Source: Bacillota bacterium | Lineage (GTDB): Bacteria; Bacillota_I; Bacilli_A; ML615J-28; CAG-698 | Direction of reading: 5' to 3' | DNA: 64,000 bases | NCBI GenBank assembly: GCA_016280895.1 | Contig: JAEEHM010000112.1 | Location: 6,713-70,712, forward strand | Shown here: positions 8,543-18,932 of the stretch, in pieces | Layout of the letters: each line of letters begins with the position of its first letter | How positions within the stretch are numbered: position 1 is the stretch's first letter | Notes under the pieces: generated by a model | Told to the model about the DNA's origin: nothing | The model's input: only the letters and a program-made list of their open reading frames with translations | The model's database searches: none | Program-made: the position numbers and the translations under genes

Positions 8543-10429
8543 ATGTATTCAAAGGGATTTATCAAAGTTAGTGCTGCAAGTCCAATTTTACATACAGGCG
8601 ATTGTATGTTTAATATTGAAAGAATTATTGAAAACTTAAAAGAAATAGAAGCTAAAAAAGTTGATATTGTAGTATTTCCAGAAATGTGTGTCTGTGGATA
8701 TAGTGTCGCTGATTTAGTATTCCAAGACTATTTATATGATGACACAATTAAAGCAATTGATTTTTTACTTAAAAACAATCCATTTAATGGTGTTGTAATT
8801 ATTGGTTCTTTCTTTAAGATTAGAGATTCAATTTTAAATTGTGCTTGTGTCATTCAAAAGGATAAGATTTTAGGTATTGTACCTAAGAGTTATTTACCAC
8901 ACACAAATGAATTCTATGAAACAAGATGGTTTGTAAGTGGCTTAGAATTTAAAGATGTTAAAGAAATTGATGTAAATGGTAAGATGATTCCATTTGGAAA
9001 ATTAATCTTCTCAAATGATGATAAATTAGTTCAATTTGGTGTAGAAATTTGTGAAGATATGTGGGCACCTATGCCACCACATGAAGAATTGTACGCAAAT
9101 GGTGCTATCATTGTGTTTAATGCATCAGCATCACCTGAGGTTATTGGCAAGGCTGATAAACGTAAGATTATGGTTGAATCTGCATCTTATCGTTGCAATG
9201 GTGGTTATGTATATACATCTAATAATCCAATTGAATCATCATCTGAGGTATTATTCTCTAGTCATAAATTGATTTATGAAAATGGTGATTTAGTTAATGA
9301 AAGCCATAATATTGATTTTAATAAAGAAAATATTATCTATGGTGATTTTGATGTTTTAAAATTACATCATGCTAGAAAAACTAATGCGTGGGTTAAAAAC
9401 ATTATGGATCAAAAGCTTGATTATGATTATCAAGTTATTCCATATGAATTAAGAAAAGAAAAAGATTTTGAATTTGAAAAAGAATTAAATAAATTACCAT
9501 TCTTACCAAAAGAAGAAGCTGATTATAAACATATCATTGATGTTCAAGCAACATCAGTAATGAAGAGACTTGATTATATTGGTATTAAGAAGACAGTAAT
9601 TGGTGTAAGTGGTGGTCTAGATTCAACACTTGCGTTACTTTCACTTTGTCATATGTGTGATATGTATAATATTGATCGAAAGAATATTATTGCGATGACA
9701 CTTCCAAGTGGAAATAATAGTGATTTAACTTATAATAATGCGCTTAAATTGATGAAGGGTCTTAATTTAGAAGCAAAAGAAATTAATATTAAAGATGCAA
9801 CTTATGATTCCTTAAAAACAATTGGCCATGACACTAAAACAAAGGATGTCACTTACGAAAACGTGCAAGCACGTTATCGTACCTTCACTTTAATGAATAC
9901 TGCTAATTTAGTTGGTGGTATTGTGATTGGAACATCTGATATGAGTGAGGTTGCATTAGGCTGGTCAACATTTAATGGTGACCAAATGGCAATGTATGGT
10001 ATTAATTCTGGTCTACCTAAGACTGTTGTTAAAGAAACTGTTAGATATTATAAGAAAATATATCCAAATATTGCTGATGTATTAGATAGTATTATTGATA
10101 CACCTATTTCACCAGAACTTAATGGTTCTAAACAATTGACAGAAGATATAATTGGTAAATATGAAGTTAATGATTTCATTTTATATCATTTCTTAGTTAA
10201 TGGTGATAGTGATGAAAGAATCGTATATTTCTTAAAGAAATTCTTTAAGATGAAAGAAAACGTAGCTCTTGATTATGTAAATAATTTCTACAAGAGATTC
10301 TATCATCAACAATACAAACGTCTTACAATGCCGGAGGGAGTTAAGATTTTAAATCTTAGTTTATCGCCTCGTACAGAGACAAGATTAAGTGGAGATATTT
10401 ATAATATTCCTCTTGAAAAAAATGATTAA
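8543..10429 (+). CDS. nadE: Glutamine-dependent NAD+ synthetase
   Basis: N-terminal CN-hydrolase domain (VFPEMCVCGY, EICEDMW) plus a C-terminal NAD synthase domain with the PP-loop GVSGGLDS. Confidence 0.9.
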   Translation: MYSKGFIKVSAASPILHTGDCMFNIERIIENLKEIEAKKVDIVVFPEMCVCGYSVADLVFQDYLYDDTIKAIDFLLKNNPFNGVVIIGSFFKIRDSILNCACVIQKDKILGIVPKSYLPHTNEFYETRWFVSGLEFKDVKEIDVNGKMIPFGKLIFSNDDKLVQFGVEICEDMWAPMPPHEELYANGAIIVFNASASPEVIGKADKRKIMVESASYRCNGGYVYTSNNPIESSSEVLFSSHKLIYENGDLVNESHNIDFNKENIIYGDFDVLKLHHARKTNAWVKNIMDQKLDYDYQVIPYELRKEKDFEFEKELNKLPFLPKEEADYKHIIDVQATSVMKRLDYIGIKKTVIGVSGGLDSTLALLSLCHMCDMYNIDRKNIIAMTLPSGNNSDLTYNNALKLMKGLNLEAKEINIKDATYDSLKTIGHDTKTKDVTYENVQARYRTFTLMNTANLVGGIVIGTSDMSEVALGWSTFNGDQMAMYGINSGLPKTVVKETVRYYKKIYPNIADVLDSIIDTPISPELNGSKQLTEDIIGKYEVNDFILYHFLVNGDSDERIVYFLKKFFKMKENVALDYVNNFYKRFYHQQYKRLTMPEGVKILNLSLSPRTETRLSGDIYNIPLEKND

Positions 10430-10441
10430 GTATGGTATAAT
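10413..10441 (+). promoter_or_regulatory. sigmaA promoter (extended -10) of the valS leader
   Basis: TTGAAA, 17 nt spacer, then TATAAT, with TG two bases upstream of the -10 (TGgTATAAT). Confidence 0.65.
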
Positions 10442-10454
10442 AATATCCGTTATA

Positions 10455-10710
10455 ATTAAAGCGTTGATGAGAAGAGTACATTAGTTACTTTGATAAAGAG
10501 AGAAGTAGTTTGGTGCGATACTTCACGAAGCCTAATGGAAAGTAATCTCGGAGCTGAATGTAATTCATAAGCATTCCGCGGGGAGATATTTAGAGCACGG
10601 CGATACAGTGTAAAAGAAGGAAAATAAATGTAAATTTATTTTTGAATTAAGGTGGTACCACGATTTTATTCGTCCTTAAAAGTAGTTTAATACTTTTAGG
10701 GACTTTTTTT
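10455..10710 (+). promoter_or_regulatory. T-box leader (tRNA-Val specifier) with terminator
   Basis: Stem I elements are present: an AGAGA box and the distal loop GGTGCGA. The candidate specifier is GUA followed by A (10542-10545). The T-box motif AATTAAGGTGGTACCACG lies at 10646-10662. A terminator GTCCTTAAAAGTA / TACTTTTAGGGAC with T7 lies at 10672-10710. Confidence 0.9.
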
Positions 10711-10736
10711 AATAAGCTATAAGTGAGGAGAGGAAT

Positions 10737-13370
10737 ATGGCAAAATTAAAAGATTTAGAAACTAAGTATGACTTTAAAAAAGTCGAAGATGGCAAATATG
10801 AAAAATGGCTTGAAGGTGGATATTTTTCTTGTGGAGATATTAGCAAAACTCCATACACAATTGTAATCCCTCCACCAAATATTACCGGTAAATTACATAT
10901 TGGTCACGTACTAGATAATACATTACAAGACATCATTATTAGAAGAAAAAGAATGATGGGTTTTGATACGCTATATTTACCTGGTATGGACCATGCAAGT
11001 ATTGCGACTCAAGCCAAGGTTGAACAAATGTTGCGTCAAGATGGCATTTCTCGTTATGATTTAGGTCGAGATAAATTCTTAAAGGAATGTTGGAAATGGA
11101 AAGATGATCATGCTCATATTATCCACGAACAATGGAAGAAATTAGGTCTTAGTTTAGATTATTCAAGAGAAAGATTTACCTTAGATGAAGGTTTAAATAG
11201 AGCTGTTAATGAAGTATTTGTGAAGATGTATAAAGAAGGCTTGATTTATCGTGGTGAGAAAATCATCAACTGGGATATACAAGCAAAAACTGCTCTTTCT
11301 AATATTGAAGTTGAATATAAGGATTTAGAAGGTGCCTTCTATCATATCATTTATCCACTTACTGATGGATCTGGTTCTTTAGAGATTGCGACTACTAGGC
11401 CAGAAACAATGTTTGCTGACCAAGCATTGATGGTACATCCTGATGATGAAAGATATCAAAAATATATCGGTAAGGAAGTAAGAATACCTTTAACTGATAT
11501 AATCATTCCTGTTATTAGTGATGCTTATGTAGAAAAAGATTTTGGAACAGGTGTTGTTAAGGTAACACCTGCCCATGATCCTAATGACTTTGAAGTAGGT
11601 ATCAGACATAATTTAGCTCGTCCATTATGTATGACAGAAGATGGTAAGATGAACAAGATGGCTGGTATTTATGAAGGCATGGACCGTCTTGAATGTCGTG
11701 ATAAATTAGTAGAAGACCTAAAGAAGGAAGGCTACTTAATTAAAATTGAAAAATTAATGCATTCAGTTGGTCATAGTGAAAGAACTGGTGTTATTGTTGA
11801 ACCTAGACTTTCTAAACAATGGTTTGTTAAAATGAAGCCACTTGCTGATGCTGTAATTGAAATGCAGAAGAATAAGGATGAAAAAGTTAATTTCTTCCCA
11901 GCAAGATTTGAAAATACCTTCTTACAATGGCTTGAAAATATCCAAGATTGGTGCATTAGCCGTCAACTTTGGTGGGGTCACCAAATCCCTGCTTGGTATA
12001 AAAAGGTAGATGGTAAGGAAGAAGTATATGTTGGAACAAGTGCACCTGATGGTGAGGGCTGGGTAAGAGATGAAGATGCTCTTGATACATGGTTCTCAAG
12101 TGCTTTATGGCCTTTTTCAACATTAGGCTGGCCTGATAAGACAGAAGATTTAGAAAGATTCTTCCCTGGAGATACCTTAGTAACTGGTTATGATATTATT
12201 TTCTTCTGGGTTGCAAGAATGGTATTCCAATCAAAGTACTTAACAGGAAAACGTCCATTTAAGAATGTATTGATTCACGGAATTATCAGAGATGAATTGG
12301 GTCGTAAAGTATCTAAATCATTAGGTAATGGTGTTGATATCATGGATGCATTCAATAAATATGGTGTTGATGCTGTTCGTTATTTCATCACTACAACTGG
12401 AGCTCCTGGTCAAGATTTGCGTTATAGCGATGAAAAGCTAGAAGCTACTTGGAATTACATCAATAAGATTTGGAATATTTCTCGTTATATTGGTCTTCAA
12501 TTAGATCAAAATAATTATAATAATGAAGAAATTGATATTAAGAAATTAAATACAGTCGATAAATGGATTTTAACAAGACTTAATGAAGTAATTAAGAATG
12601 CTGACATCAATTTTGAAAAATATGAATTTGGTGAAGTAGCTAAGGAATTATATAATTTCGTATGGAATGATTTTGCATCTTGGTACTTAGAGATGACAAA
12701 GGTTGTATTAAATAGTGATTCAACAAATAAAGCTGATAAGATTAATACTTGTGCAGTACTAGTATATGTACTTCGTGCAATATTAAAATTATTACATCCA
12801 TTTATTCCATTTGTTACTGAAGATATTTATCAAATGTTTAATGATGGAAGTATTGTAGTATCTGATTGGCCTAAATTTAAAGAAGAATACAATTTCAAAG
12901 AAGCAATGGATATTCAAATTGTGTATGATATCATTACATCTGTAAGAAACACTCGAGCTTTAAAGAATGTATCTATTTCTAAACCAATTGACTTAGTACT
13001 ACAAATTAGTGATAAAGACCTACTAACTTTCATTGATAATAATAAACATTACTTACAAAGATTTACTAATTATCAAAACTTATTATTAACAATGGATAAA
13101 TATGATACTAATAAATGTCAAGTATCAGTACTTCATAAGGTAAATGTAATTATTCCTTTAAATACTTTAGTAAATCTAGAAGAAGAAAAAGCAAAATTAG
13201 AATTAGAAAAGGCTAATATGTTAAATGAAATCAAGCGTTGTGAATCAATGCTTGCAAATCCAGGCTTTGTAGCTAAGGCACCTGAGGCTAAGGTAAATGC
13301 TGAAAAGGAAAAATTAGCTACATACAAGGCTAAATTAGAAGAAATCGAAAAGTTATTAAAAGACTTTTAG
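10737..13370 (+). CDS. valS: Valine--tRNA ligase
   Basis: 877 aa; HIGH motif (LHIGH), KMSKS-like motif (KVSKS), and a C-terminal coiled coil. Confidence 0.97.
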   Translation: MAKLKDLETKYDFKKVEDGKYEKWLEGGYFSCGDISKTPYTIVIPPPNITGKLHIGHVLDNTLQDIIIRRKRMMGFDTLYLPGMDHASIATQAKVEQMLRQDGISRYDLGRDKFLKECWKWKDDHAHIIHEQWKKLGLSLDYSRERFTLDEGLNRAVNEVFVKMYKEGLIYRGEKIINWDIQAKTALSNIEVEYKDLEGAFYHIIYPLTDGSGSLEIATTRPETMFADQALMVHPDDERYQKYIGKEVRIPLTDIIIPVISDAYVEKDFGTGVVKVTPAHDPNDFEVGIRHNLARPLCMTEDGKMNKMAGIYEGMDRLECRDKLVEDLKKEGYLIKIEKLMHSVGHSERTGVIVEPRLSKQWFVKMKPLADAVIEMQKNKDEKVNFFPARFENTFLQWLENIQDWCISRQLWWGHQIPAWYKKVDGKEEVYVGTSAPDGEGWVRDEDALDTWFSSALWPFSTLGWPDKTEDLERFFPGDTLVTGYDIIFFWVARMVFQSKYLTGKRPFKNVLIHGIIRDELGRKVSKSLGNGVDIMDAFNKYGVDAVRYFITTTGAPGQDLRYSDEKLEATWNYINKIWNISRYIGLQLDQNNYNNEEIDIKKLNTVDKWILTRLNEVIKNADINFEKYEFGEVAKELYNFVWNDFASWYLEMTKVVLNSDSTNKADKINTCAVLVYVLRAILKLLHPFIPFVTEDIYQMFNDGSIVVSDWPKFKEEYNFKEAMDIQIVYDIITSVRNTRALKNVSISKPIDLVLQISDKDLLTFIDNNKHYLQRFTNYQNLLLTMDKYDTNKCQVSVLHKVNVIIPLNTLVNLEEEKAKLELEKANMLNEIKRCESMLANPGFVAKAPEAKVNAEKEKLATYKAKLEEIEKLLKDF

Positions 13371-13379
13371 AAGGTAAAT

Positions 13380-14654
13380 ATGAATAAATTTGAATCTATT
13401 ACTGAATGTATTTCATGGATAGAAAATCAAAAGCGTAAGCACGAAAAGAAAGATTTGAATGATATGTATGCCTTATGTGAATTATTTGACAATCCTCAAG
13501 ATTCATTTAAGGTAATACATGTTGCTGGTACTAATGGAAAGGGATCTATTGTATCTTATATGCAAAGTATCTTGCAAGTGGCAGGATATCGTGTTGGAAC
13601 ATTTACATCCCCTTACATTGAATGCTTCAACGAAAGAATTCAAATCAATAAGCATCATATTAAGGATGAACATATTTTACATTACGCAAATATGATCATT
13701 TCTAAGTATGATTTAATTGATGATGATAAGAAACCATCTTTCTTTTCATTCATTACCTTGATGTCTTTTCTATATTTTAGAGATATGAAGGTTGATTATG
13801 CTGTCGTTGAATGTGGAATTGGTGGACTACTTGATGATACCAATGTAGTTAAGCCAGTGCTTTCGATAATTTCTAATGTCAGCTATGATCACATGAATAT
13901 ATTAGGCGACACAATCGAAGAGATTGCGAAGAATAAGCTAGGAATTGTGAAGGAGAAAACCCCTTTAGTAACAATTCAAAATGATCAAATTAAGCAATTA
14001 ATCAAAGAGAAGTGCTATGAAATGTATGCACCTTATACAGTGGTAAGAAAAAAAGCAATTACTAATGTTAGATTAGGAATTGGCGAAACAAAATTTGATT
14101 ACTGCGAATATAAGGATGTAAAATTAAGAATGAATGGGCTATATCAATGCGAGAATGCTAGCGTAGCAATTGAGGCAGTCCGCTTCTTAAATTTACAAGG
14201 TGCCAATATTTCAAAAGAAAATGTTATGGAAGGACTTTCTAAAACATTCTGGTTAGGTAGACTTGAGCTTGTATCAACACGCCCAATCATTATTTTAGAT
14301 GGTGCTCATAATGTTGACGGCATTACTCGATTAGTTGAATATATTGAAAGCATTCATCAACATCGTCAAGTGCGTTTAATTCTCGCAATTAGCGCAAACA
14401 AGGATAAGGAACATATGATTCCCCTTGTTGACAATGCCGTCGATGAAATTATCTTTTCATCTTTCGCATATAAAAGAAGTGATGATGCTATCAACTTATT
14501 TTCTTTATCAAATCACAAAAATAAGTTATTAGAAAATGATATTGATAAGATTCTTGAATATATCAAGAAGGATAATTGGATTAATATCTTTTCCGGAAGC
14601 TTATATTTTGTAAGCGAATTGAGAAAGAAAATAAAGGCTTTGAAAAATAAATAA
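13380..14654 (+). CDS. folC: Folylpolyglutamate synthase / dihydrofolate synthase
   Basis: Mur-ligase P-loop HVAGTNGKGS; conserved position downstream of valS. Confidence 0.9.
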   Translation: MNKFESITECISWIENQKRKHEKKDLNDMYALCELFDNPQDSFKVIHVAGTNGKGSIVSYMQSILQVAGYRVGTFTSPYIECFNERIQINKHHIKDEHILHYANMIISKYDLIDDDKKPSFFSFITLMSFLYFRDMKVDYAVVECGIGGLLDDTNVVKPVLSIISNVSYDHMNILGDTIEEIAKNKLGIVKEKTPLVTIQNDQIKQLIKEKCYEMYAPYTVVRKKAITNVRLGIGETKFDYCEYKDVKLRMNGLYQCENASVAIEAVRFLNLQGANISKENVMEGLSKTFWLGRLELVSTRPIIILDGAHNVDGITRLVEYIESIHQHRQVRLILAISANKDKEHMIPLVDNAVDEIIFSSFAYKRSDDAINLFSLSNHKNKLLENDIDKILEYIKKDNWINIFSGSLYFVSELRKKIKALKNK

Positions 14655-14719
14655 AATTTCTTTAAAATATAAGTAAAAAAATAACCTCATTTTATAAATA
14701 TATATAATGAGGTTATCTT

Positions 14720-15403
14720 ATGAAGTATGTTTTAAAAGAAATGAGTTTAGATGAAAAGCCAAGAGCCAAAATGAAAAGATTCGGAGTTAGTAATTTAAGT
14801 GATTATGAATTAATTGCGGTAATTATTAAAACAGGAATTAAGGACAAATCTGTATTAGATTTATCTATTGAGATATTGTCGTATTTCACGAATCTATCTT
14901 GCTTAGAAGAAGCAACTTTAAATGAGTTAGAAGCGATTAAAGGGTTAGGAGAAGCCAAATCGTTAGAATTACTAGCTTGTATAGAGTTAGGTAGACGTAT
15001 TTATAAAGCTAAGGAAGCACGGCCGGTGATCAGATCTGCATCTGATGCTTATAAATATTTGGAGTTTGACCTAAAGAATCTAAAGCAGGAGCATTTTGTG
15101 TGTATTTATTTAAATGCTGTTGGTGAAGTGATTGCGAAGAAGACTATTTCAATTGGTTCTGCGAATGAAACCTCTGGTGATTTCAAGGATGCAATTAAGT
15201 GGGCTTTGAAGTTTTCTGCAACTGGAATGATTTATGCACATAATCACCCAAGTGGAGATCCTTTGCCAAGTAAGCAAGATTGCCAGTTCACTGCATTTTT
15301 AAAAAAGATAACCGAAAACATGGATATTATGTTTCTAGACCATATTATCGTTGGATTTGATTCTTACTTCAGTTTTAAAAGAAATGAATTGGTGAAACTT
15401 TAA
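14720..15403 (+). CDS. radC: RadC-family JAB/MPN domain protein
   Basis: HhH region (LGEAKSLELLA) and JAMM motif HNHPSGDPLPSKQD. Confidence 0.9.
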   Translation: MKYVLKEMSLDEKPRAKMKRFGVSNLSDYELIAVIIKTGIKDKSVLDLSIEILSYFTNLSCLEEATLNELEAIKGLGEAKSLELLACIELGRRIYKAKEARPVIRSASDAYKYLEFDLKNLKQEHFVCIYLNAVGEVIAKKTISIGSANETSGDFKDAIKWALKFSATGMIYAHNHPSGDPLPSKQDCQFTAFLKKITENMDIMFLDHIIVGFDSYFSFKRNELVKL

Positions 15404-15428
15404 AAAACAAACTCATTAGGAGGACTCT

Positions 15429-16058
15429 ATGTATCTGAATCCCAATAAAGTTATAGAGATGTTTTCATTTGATACCATCATTAATAATGAAGTAGTTCAT
15501 GTGACATGTCAATATAAAAGAACTAGGTATCTTAAGATAAAACTTATTGGAGCGAAAAATCTTTTATTAATTGTGACTAAAAAAACAGACCTTAAGGAAG
15601 CACAATCAATAATAGATAAGTATAGGGATACAATCGTAAAGATGTTATCCAAACCAAAAATAGAATTATCAAATGATGATTTTATAATATTTGGTAAAAC
15701 ATATCATAAAGCAGATTATTCAAAAAAAGAAATAGATAGTATGTATAAAGATGCAATTCTTTCAATTGAAAAGATGTTTTATGATATAAAAGAAAAATAT
15801 GTATTTCCTAATGTAGAACTATATTTCCGAAAAATGCACTCTAGATGGGGTGTATGTTATTCAAAAGAAAAAAGAATCGGTTTAAGTAGTTATTTGGTAT
15901 TTGTACCTTGTGAATTGATAGAATACGTAATTCTCCATGAATTCTGTCATTTAAAGCACGCTGATCACAGTAAGCTCTTTTATGCTGAACTGGACAAGTA
16001 TTGTCCTAAGCATCGTCAATTCAAAAAGGATCTTAAATACTATAGCTCTTTGCTGTAG
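15429..16058 (+). CDS. YgjP-like (DUF45/WLM-type) zinc metallohydrolase
   Basis: C-terminal HEFCHLKHADHSKLF (HExxH) motif in the usual DUF45 position. Confidence 0.7.
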   Translation: MYLNPNKVIEMFSFDTIINNEVVHVTCQYKRTRYLKIKLIGAKNLLLIVTKKTDLKEAQSIIDKYRDTIVKMLSKPKIELSNDDFIIFGKTYHKADYSKKEIDSMYKDAILSIEKMFYDIKEKYVFPNVELYFRKMHSRWGVCYSKEKRIGLSSYLVFVPCELIEYVILHEFCHLKHADHSKLFYAELDKYCPKHRQFKKDLKYYSSLL

Positions 16059-17391
16059 TATTTTTTTTGGAAAATTTTTAGTATACATTAGTAAACGAAA
16101 TAAGGAAGGGATTTATACGGAACTTAATATTAATATTATCGAAGTAATTAAAAATAATAATTTTAATAATAATTTAAAATTAGGTCCAGTTTTTAAATAT
16201 GCCCGTTTAAAGAAAAATCTTACAATGGAAGAGTTGTGTGATGGCATTTGTTGCCCTGCATATGAATCAAAACTGGAAAGAAATCAATATGAATCTTTAA
16301 ATGAAACTATTATTCCAAAACTATGTGAAAGATTGGATATTTCATATGAAGATGTTAAATGCGCCTGTGATGAAAATGAGTTAATTGATGCAATTCATGA
16401 ATATTTCACAAATGATCTTGAAAAACTTGCACAAAGATTAGCAAAATATAGTGATAATACTAATTTTGTAAACACTAATTTAATTGCATGTCTTTATTAT
16501 TTACTAAAAAAAGAATATGATAAATTAAATAATTGTGTAAGAAAATTAGATATTGTGAAATCATCAATGAATATCATTGAAATGGCAACATTTTTAATCA
16601 TCACTATTCATTATAATATTGCGACACTTCAATATGAAAAAGCAATTAATTATTATCGTTATTTAAAGATGTTGGAATGTGATAATCAAGATGTTGAAAT
16701 AATGCAACTTGAAGCAAAGTTTATTATTGATTGTAATTTATATAATAAATTTACTAATTCAAATCATGATATTATTGAAATGGATTATAAAGATTTAAAG
16801 AGCAATCATATTTTATCTTGTCCAATCACAAAACAAATCAATTTCCAATTAGAATATTTAAAAACATTAGATGGAGATTCAGCACTTGAATATTTAACTA
16901 ATTTAGAAAAAGATGATATTTATCATAATGTGAAGAATTTTACTTATGTGAAAGCATTAGCTCTCGCAAAAGCAAATAAATTTACAGAATTAGTGGAATA
17001 TTTAGATAATCTTAATAATATAGGCTTTAAATATGCAAGTTTATATGCTTATGCAGTGAGAGGACTCATCTTAAAAATGGATGATAAAAACTCTAAGCCA
17101 GCAATGGAACTTAAGAAGAAGCTAAAAGGAATTATTAATGATGCGAAAATGGAAAGTGGTGACACTATTCATATAGCGTTTTTAAAACTAATGGAGCTTG
17201 AAATTGATGGTGATACTGATGTAAAAATATTTGAATACATCAAATATGAAATGGGTGCATTATTTAAGAATTATAATGTTCCATTTTACTTTGAATATTG
17301 TCTTAACAGATCATATGTTTTAATTGGAAAATTAACAAAATATAAAGAAGCATATGAACTCTTAGGCAAGCTATTATTTAATAATAATTAG
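15982..17391 (+). CDS. XRE-family HTH regulator with a long helical (TPR/RNPP-like) C-terminal domain; start uncertain
   Basis: HTH region LGPVFKYARLKKNLTMEELCDGICCPAYESKLERNQ followed by ~380 aa of helical repeats. The ATG at 15982 overlaps the upstream gene by 77 nt. An SD sequence AAGGAAGGG at 16102-16110 suggests a later non-ATG start near 16111-16140. The next in-frame ATG, at 16225, would cut into the HTH. Confidence 0.55.
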   Translation: MLNWTSIVLSIVNSKRILNTIALCCSIFFGKFLVYISKRNKEGIYTELNINIIEVIKNNNFNNNLKLGPVFKYARLKKNLTMEELCDGICCPAYESKLERNQYESLNETIIPKLCERLDISYEDVKCACDENELIDAIHEYFTNDLEKLAQRLAKYSDNTNFVNTNLIACLYYLLKKEYDKLNNCVRKLDIVKSSMNIIEMATFLIITIHYNIATLQYEKAINYYRYLKMLECDNQDVEIMQLEAKFIIDCNLYNKFTNSNHDIIEMDYKDLKSNHILSCPITKQINFQLEYLKTLDGDSALEYLTNLEKDDIYHNVKNFTYVKALALAKANKFTELVEYLDNLNNIGFKYASLYAYAVRGLILKMDDKNSKPAMELKKKLKGIINDAKMESGDTIHIAFLKLMELEIDGDTDVKIFEYIKYEMGALFKNYNVPFYFEYCLNRSYVLIGKLTKYKEAYELLGKLLFNNN

Positions 17392-17451
17392 GTTTATTTA
17401 CTTGTTTAATTTCGCTTTTTGATTTATAATATAATAAATAGGAGTATTATA

Positions 17452-18078
17452 ATGACTTATTTTAGCGCTTTAAATAAATATAAAAATAATGATTACATTA
17501 AATATATGGAAGAATATGCAAGCAATCATAAGGTCCCAATTTTAAAAGAAGAGGGCCTTGACTTGCTTGTGTCCATAATAAAAATGAATAATGTCAAAAA
17601 CATTCTAGAAATTGGTACAGCAATAGGATATTCTTCATCGGTATTTGCACTTATAAATAAAGATATTAGAATAGATACTATTGAAAGAGATGAATTGATG
17701 TATCAAGAAGCACTTAAGAATATTAATGCTCTTGGCTTAGAATCACAAATTAATATAATCTTTGAAGATGCTTTGAATGTCGATTTATCTACTTTAAAGC
17801 TTGACCAATATGATTTAATATTTATTGATGCTGCGAAAAGTCAATATACTAATTTCTTCACTAAATTTGAAGTGAAATTAAGAAAAGGTGGAATTATATT
17901 TTCTGATAATCTTTTATTCCATGGTTTAGTAGAAAATGCTAGTGGAAAGGAGAGTCGCAATTTAAACCAAATGCTGCGTAAAATTAGAGCATACAATGAA
18001 TGGCTAAGTAATAATGAGGCCTACGATACTACATTTTTACGTATTGGTGATGGTATTGCGATAAGTATAAAGAAATGA
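17452..18078 (+). CDS. trmR: SAM-dependent O-methyltransferase, YrrM/TrmR-like (tRNA ho5U methyltransferase)
   Basis: Class I methyltransferase motif ILEIGTAIGYSS. SD sequence TAGGAG upstream of the ATG at 17452. Followed by two U32 genes, as in B. subtilis yrrMNO. Confidence 0.75.
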   Translation: MTYFSALNKYKNNDYIKYMEEYASNHKVPILKEEGLDLLVSIIKMNNVKNILEIGTAIGYSSSVFALINKDIRIDTIERDELMYQEALKNINALGLESQINIIFEDALNVDLSTLKLDQYDLIFIDAAKSQYTNFFTKFEVKLRKGGIIFSDNLLFHGLVENASGKESRNLNQMLRKIRAYNEWLSNNEAYDTTFLRIGDGIAISIKK

Positions 18079-18932
18079 AATTGATCACTTGTTTAAAAAA
18101 TATTAATGATATTGATAAATTAAACTTTGTGGATGAAGTTATTATTCCAACAAAATATTCTATTTATTATGATGAATTAATAGAAGAAGCTGAAATTAAA
18201 CAAGCTATAAATAAACTAGAAGAGATGAATGTAAAAGCAATCATTTCAATTGATGCTTTAATAAGTGAGGAAAAGCTTGATGAAGTATTTAACTTTATCA
18301 ATCAATATCTTGAATCTAGATGTGATTTCATTTTTTCTGATTTCGCTGTTCTTTCTTATTTTAGAAGCAACAATTTAGATTTGTCTCGTCTTATATATTC
18401 ATCTAGCACTTATATTTGTAATTGTGATGATATCCAATATTATCATGATTTAAATATAAGGGTATTTGTGTCAAATGAATTATCTCTTGATGATTTGGTA
18501 TTGAATTGTAAATACGATAATGTTATTTTACAAGCATATGGATATTTTCCAATCTATTATTCAAAAAGGAATGTGTTATCATTATTTAAAAACTACACAG
18601 GAATTGATTTTGATGTCAATAAAGAATATGAAATCAAAGAAGAATTGCGTAGTGAAAAATACATAATTAAAGAATTTAATGATTTTGATACCCATTCAGT
18701 AATATTAAATGCATATCAAATATGCATTTATAAGGAATTAAATGATATTAATCCTAATTATATTTATGTAAATACTTCTAATATTGATGTTTTAAAAATT
18801 TATTATGATGGTTTAAGTAATAGTATATTTAGCATAGATAATGAACTAGCTCTTAAAAATATTGATGAAAGAATAGATAAAAGTCTATTATATATTAGAC
18901 CATCTATATTGAATAAAGATGAAAAAAATTGA
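18075..18932 (+). CDS. Peptidase U32 family protein, YrrN/TrhP1-like
   Basis: The call rests on size, position (between yrrM-like and yrrO-like genes) and ATGA coupling. Sequence motifs are weak. Confidence 0.55.
   Translation: MKLITCLKNINDIDKLNFVDEVIIPTKYSIYYDELIEEAEIKQAINKLEEMNVKAIISIDALISEEKLDEVFNFINQYLESRCDFIFSDFAVLSYFRSNNLDLSRLIYSSSTYICNCDDIQYYHDLNIRVFVSNELSLDDLVLNCKYDNVILQAYGYFPIYYSKRNVLSLFKNYTGIDFDVNKEYEIKEELRSEKYIIKEFNDFDTHSVILNAYQICIYKELNDINPNYIYVNTSNIDVLKIYYDGLSNSIFSIDNELALKNIDERIDKSLLYIRPSILNKDEKN

Noticed and set aside
17419-17451. The upstream TTG/ATT-type start for the O-methyltransferase (ORF track start 17419)
   Set aside because: An SD sequence TAGGAG immediately precedes the ATG at 17452, and the extra residues lie over the promoter-like TATAAT region.
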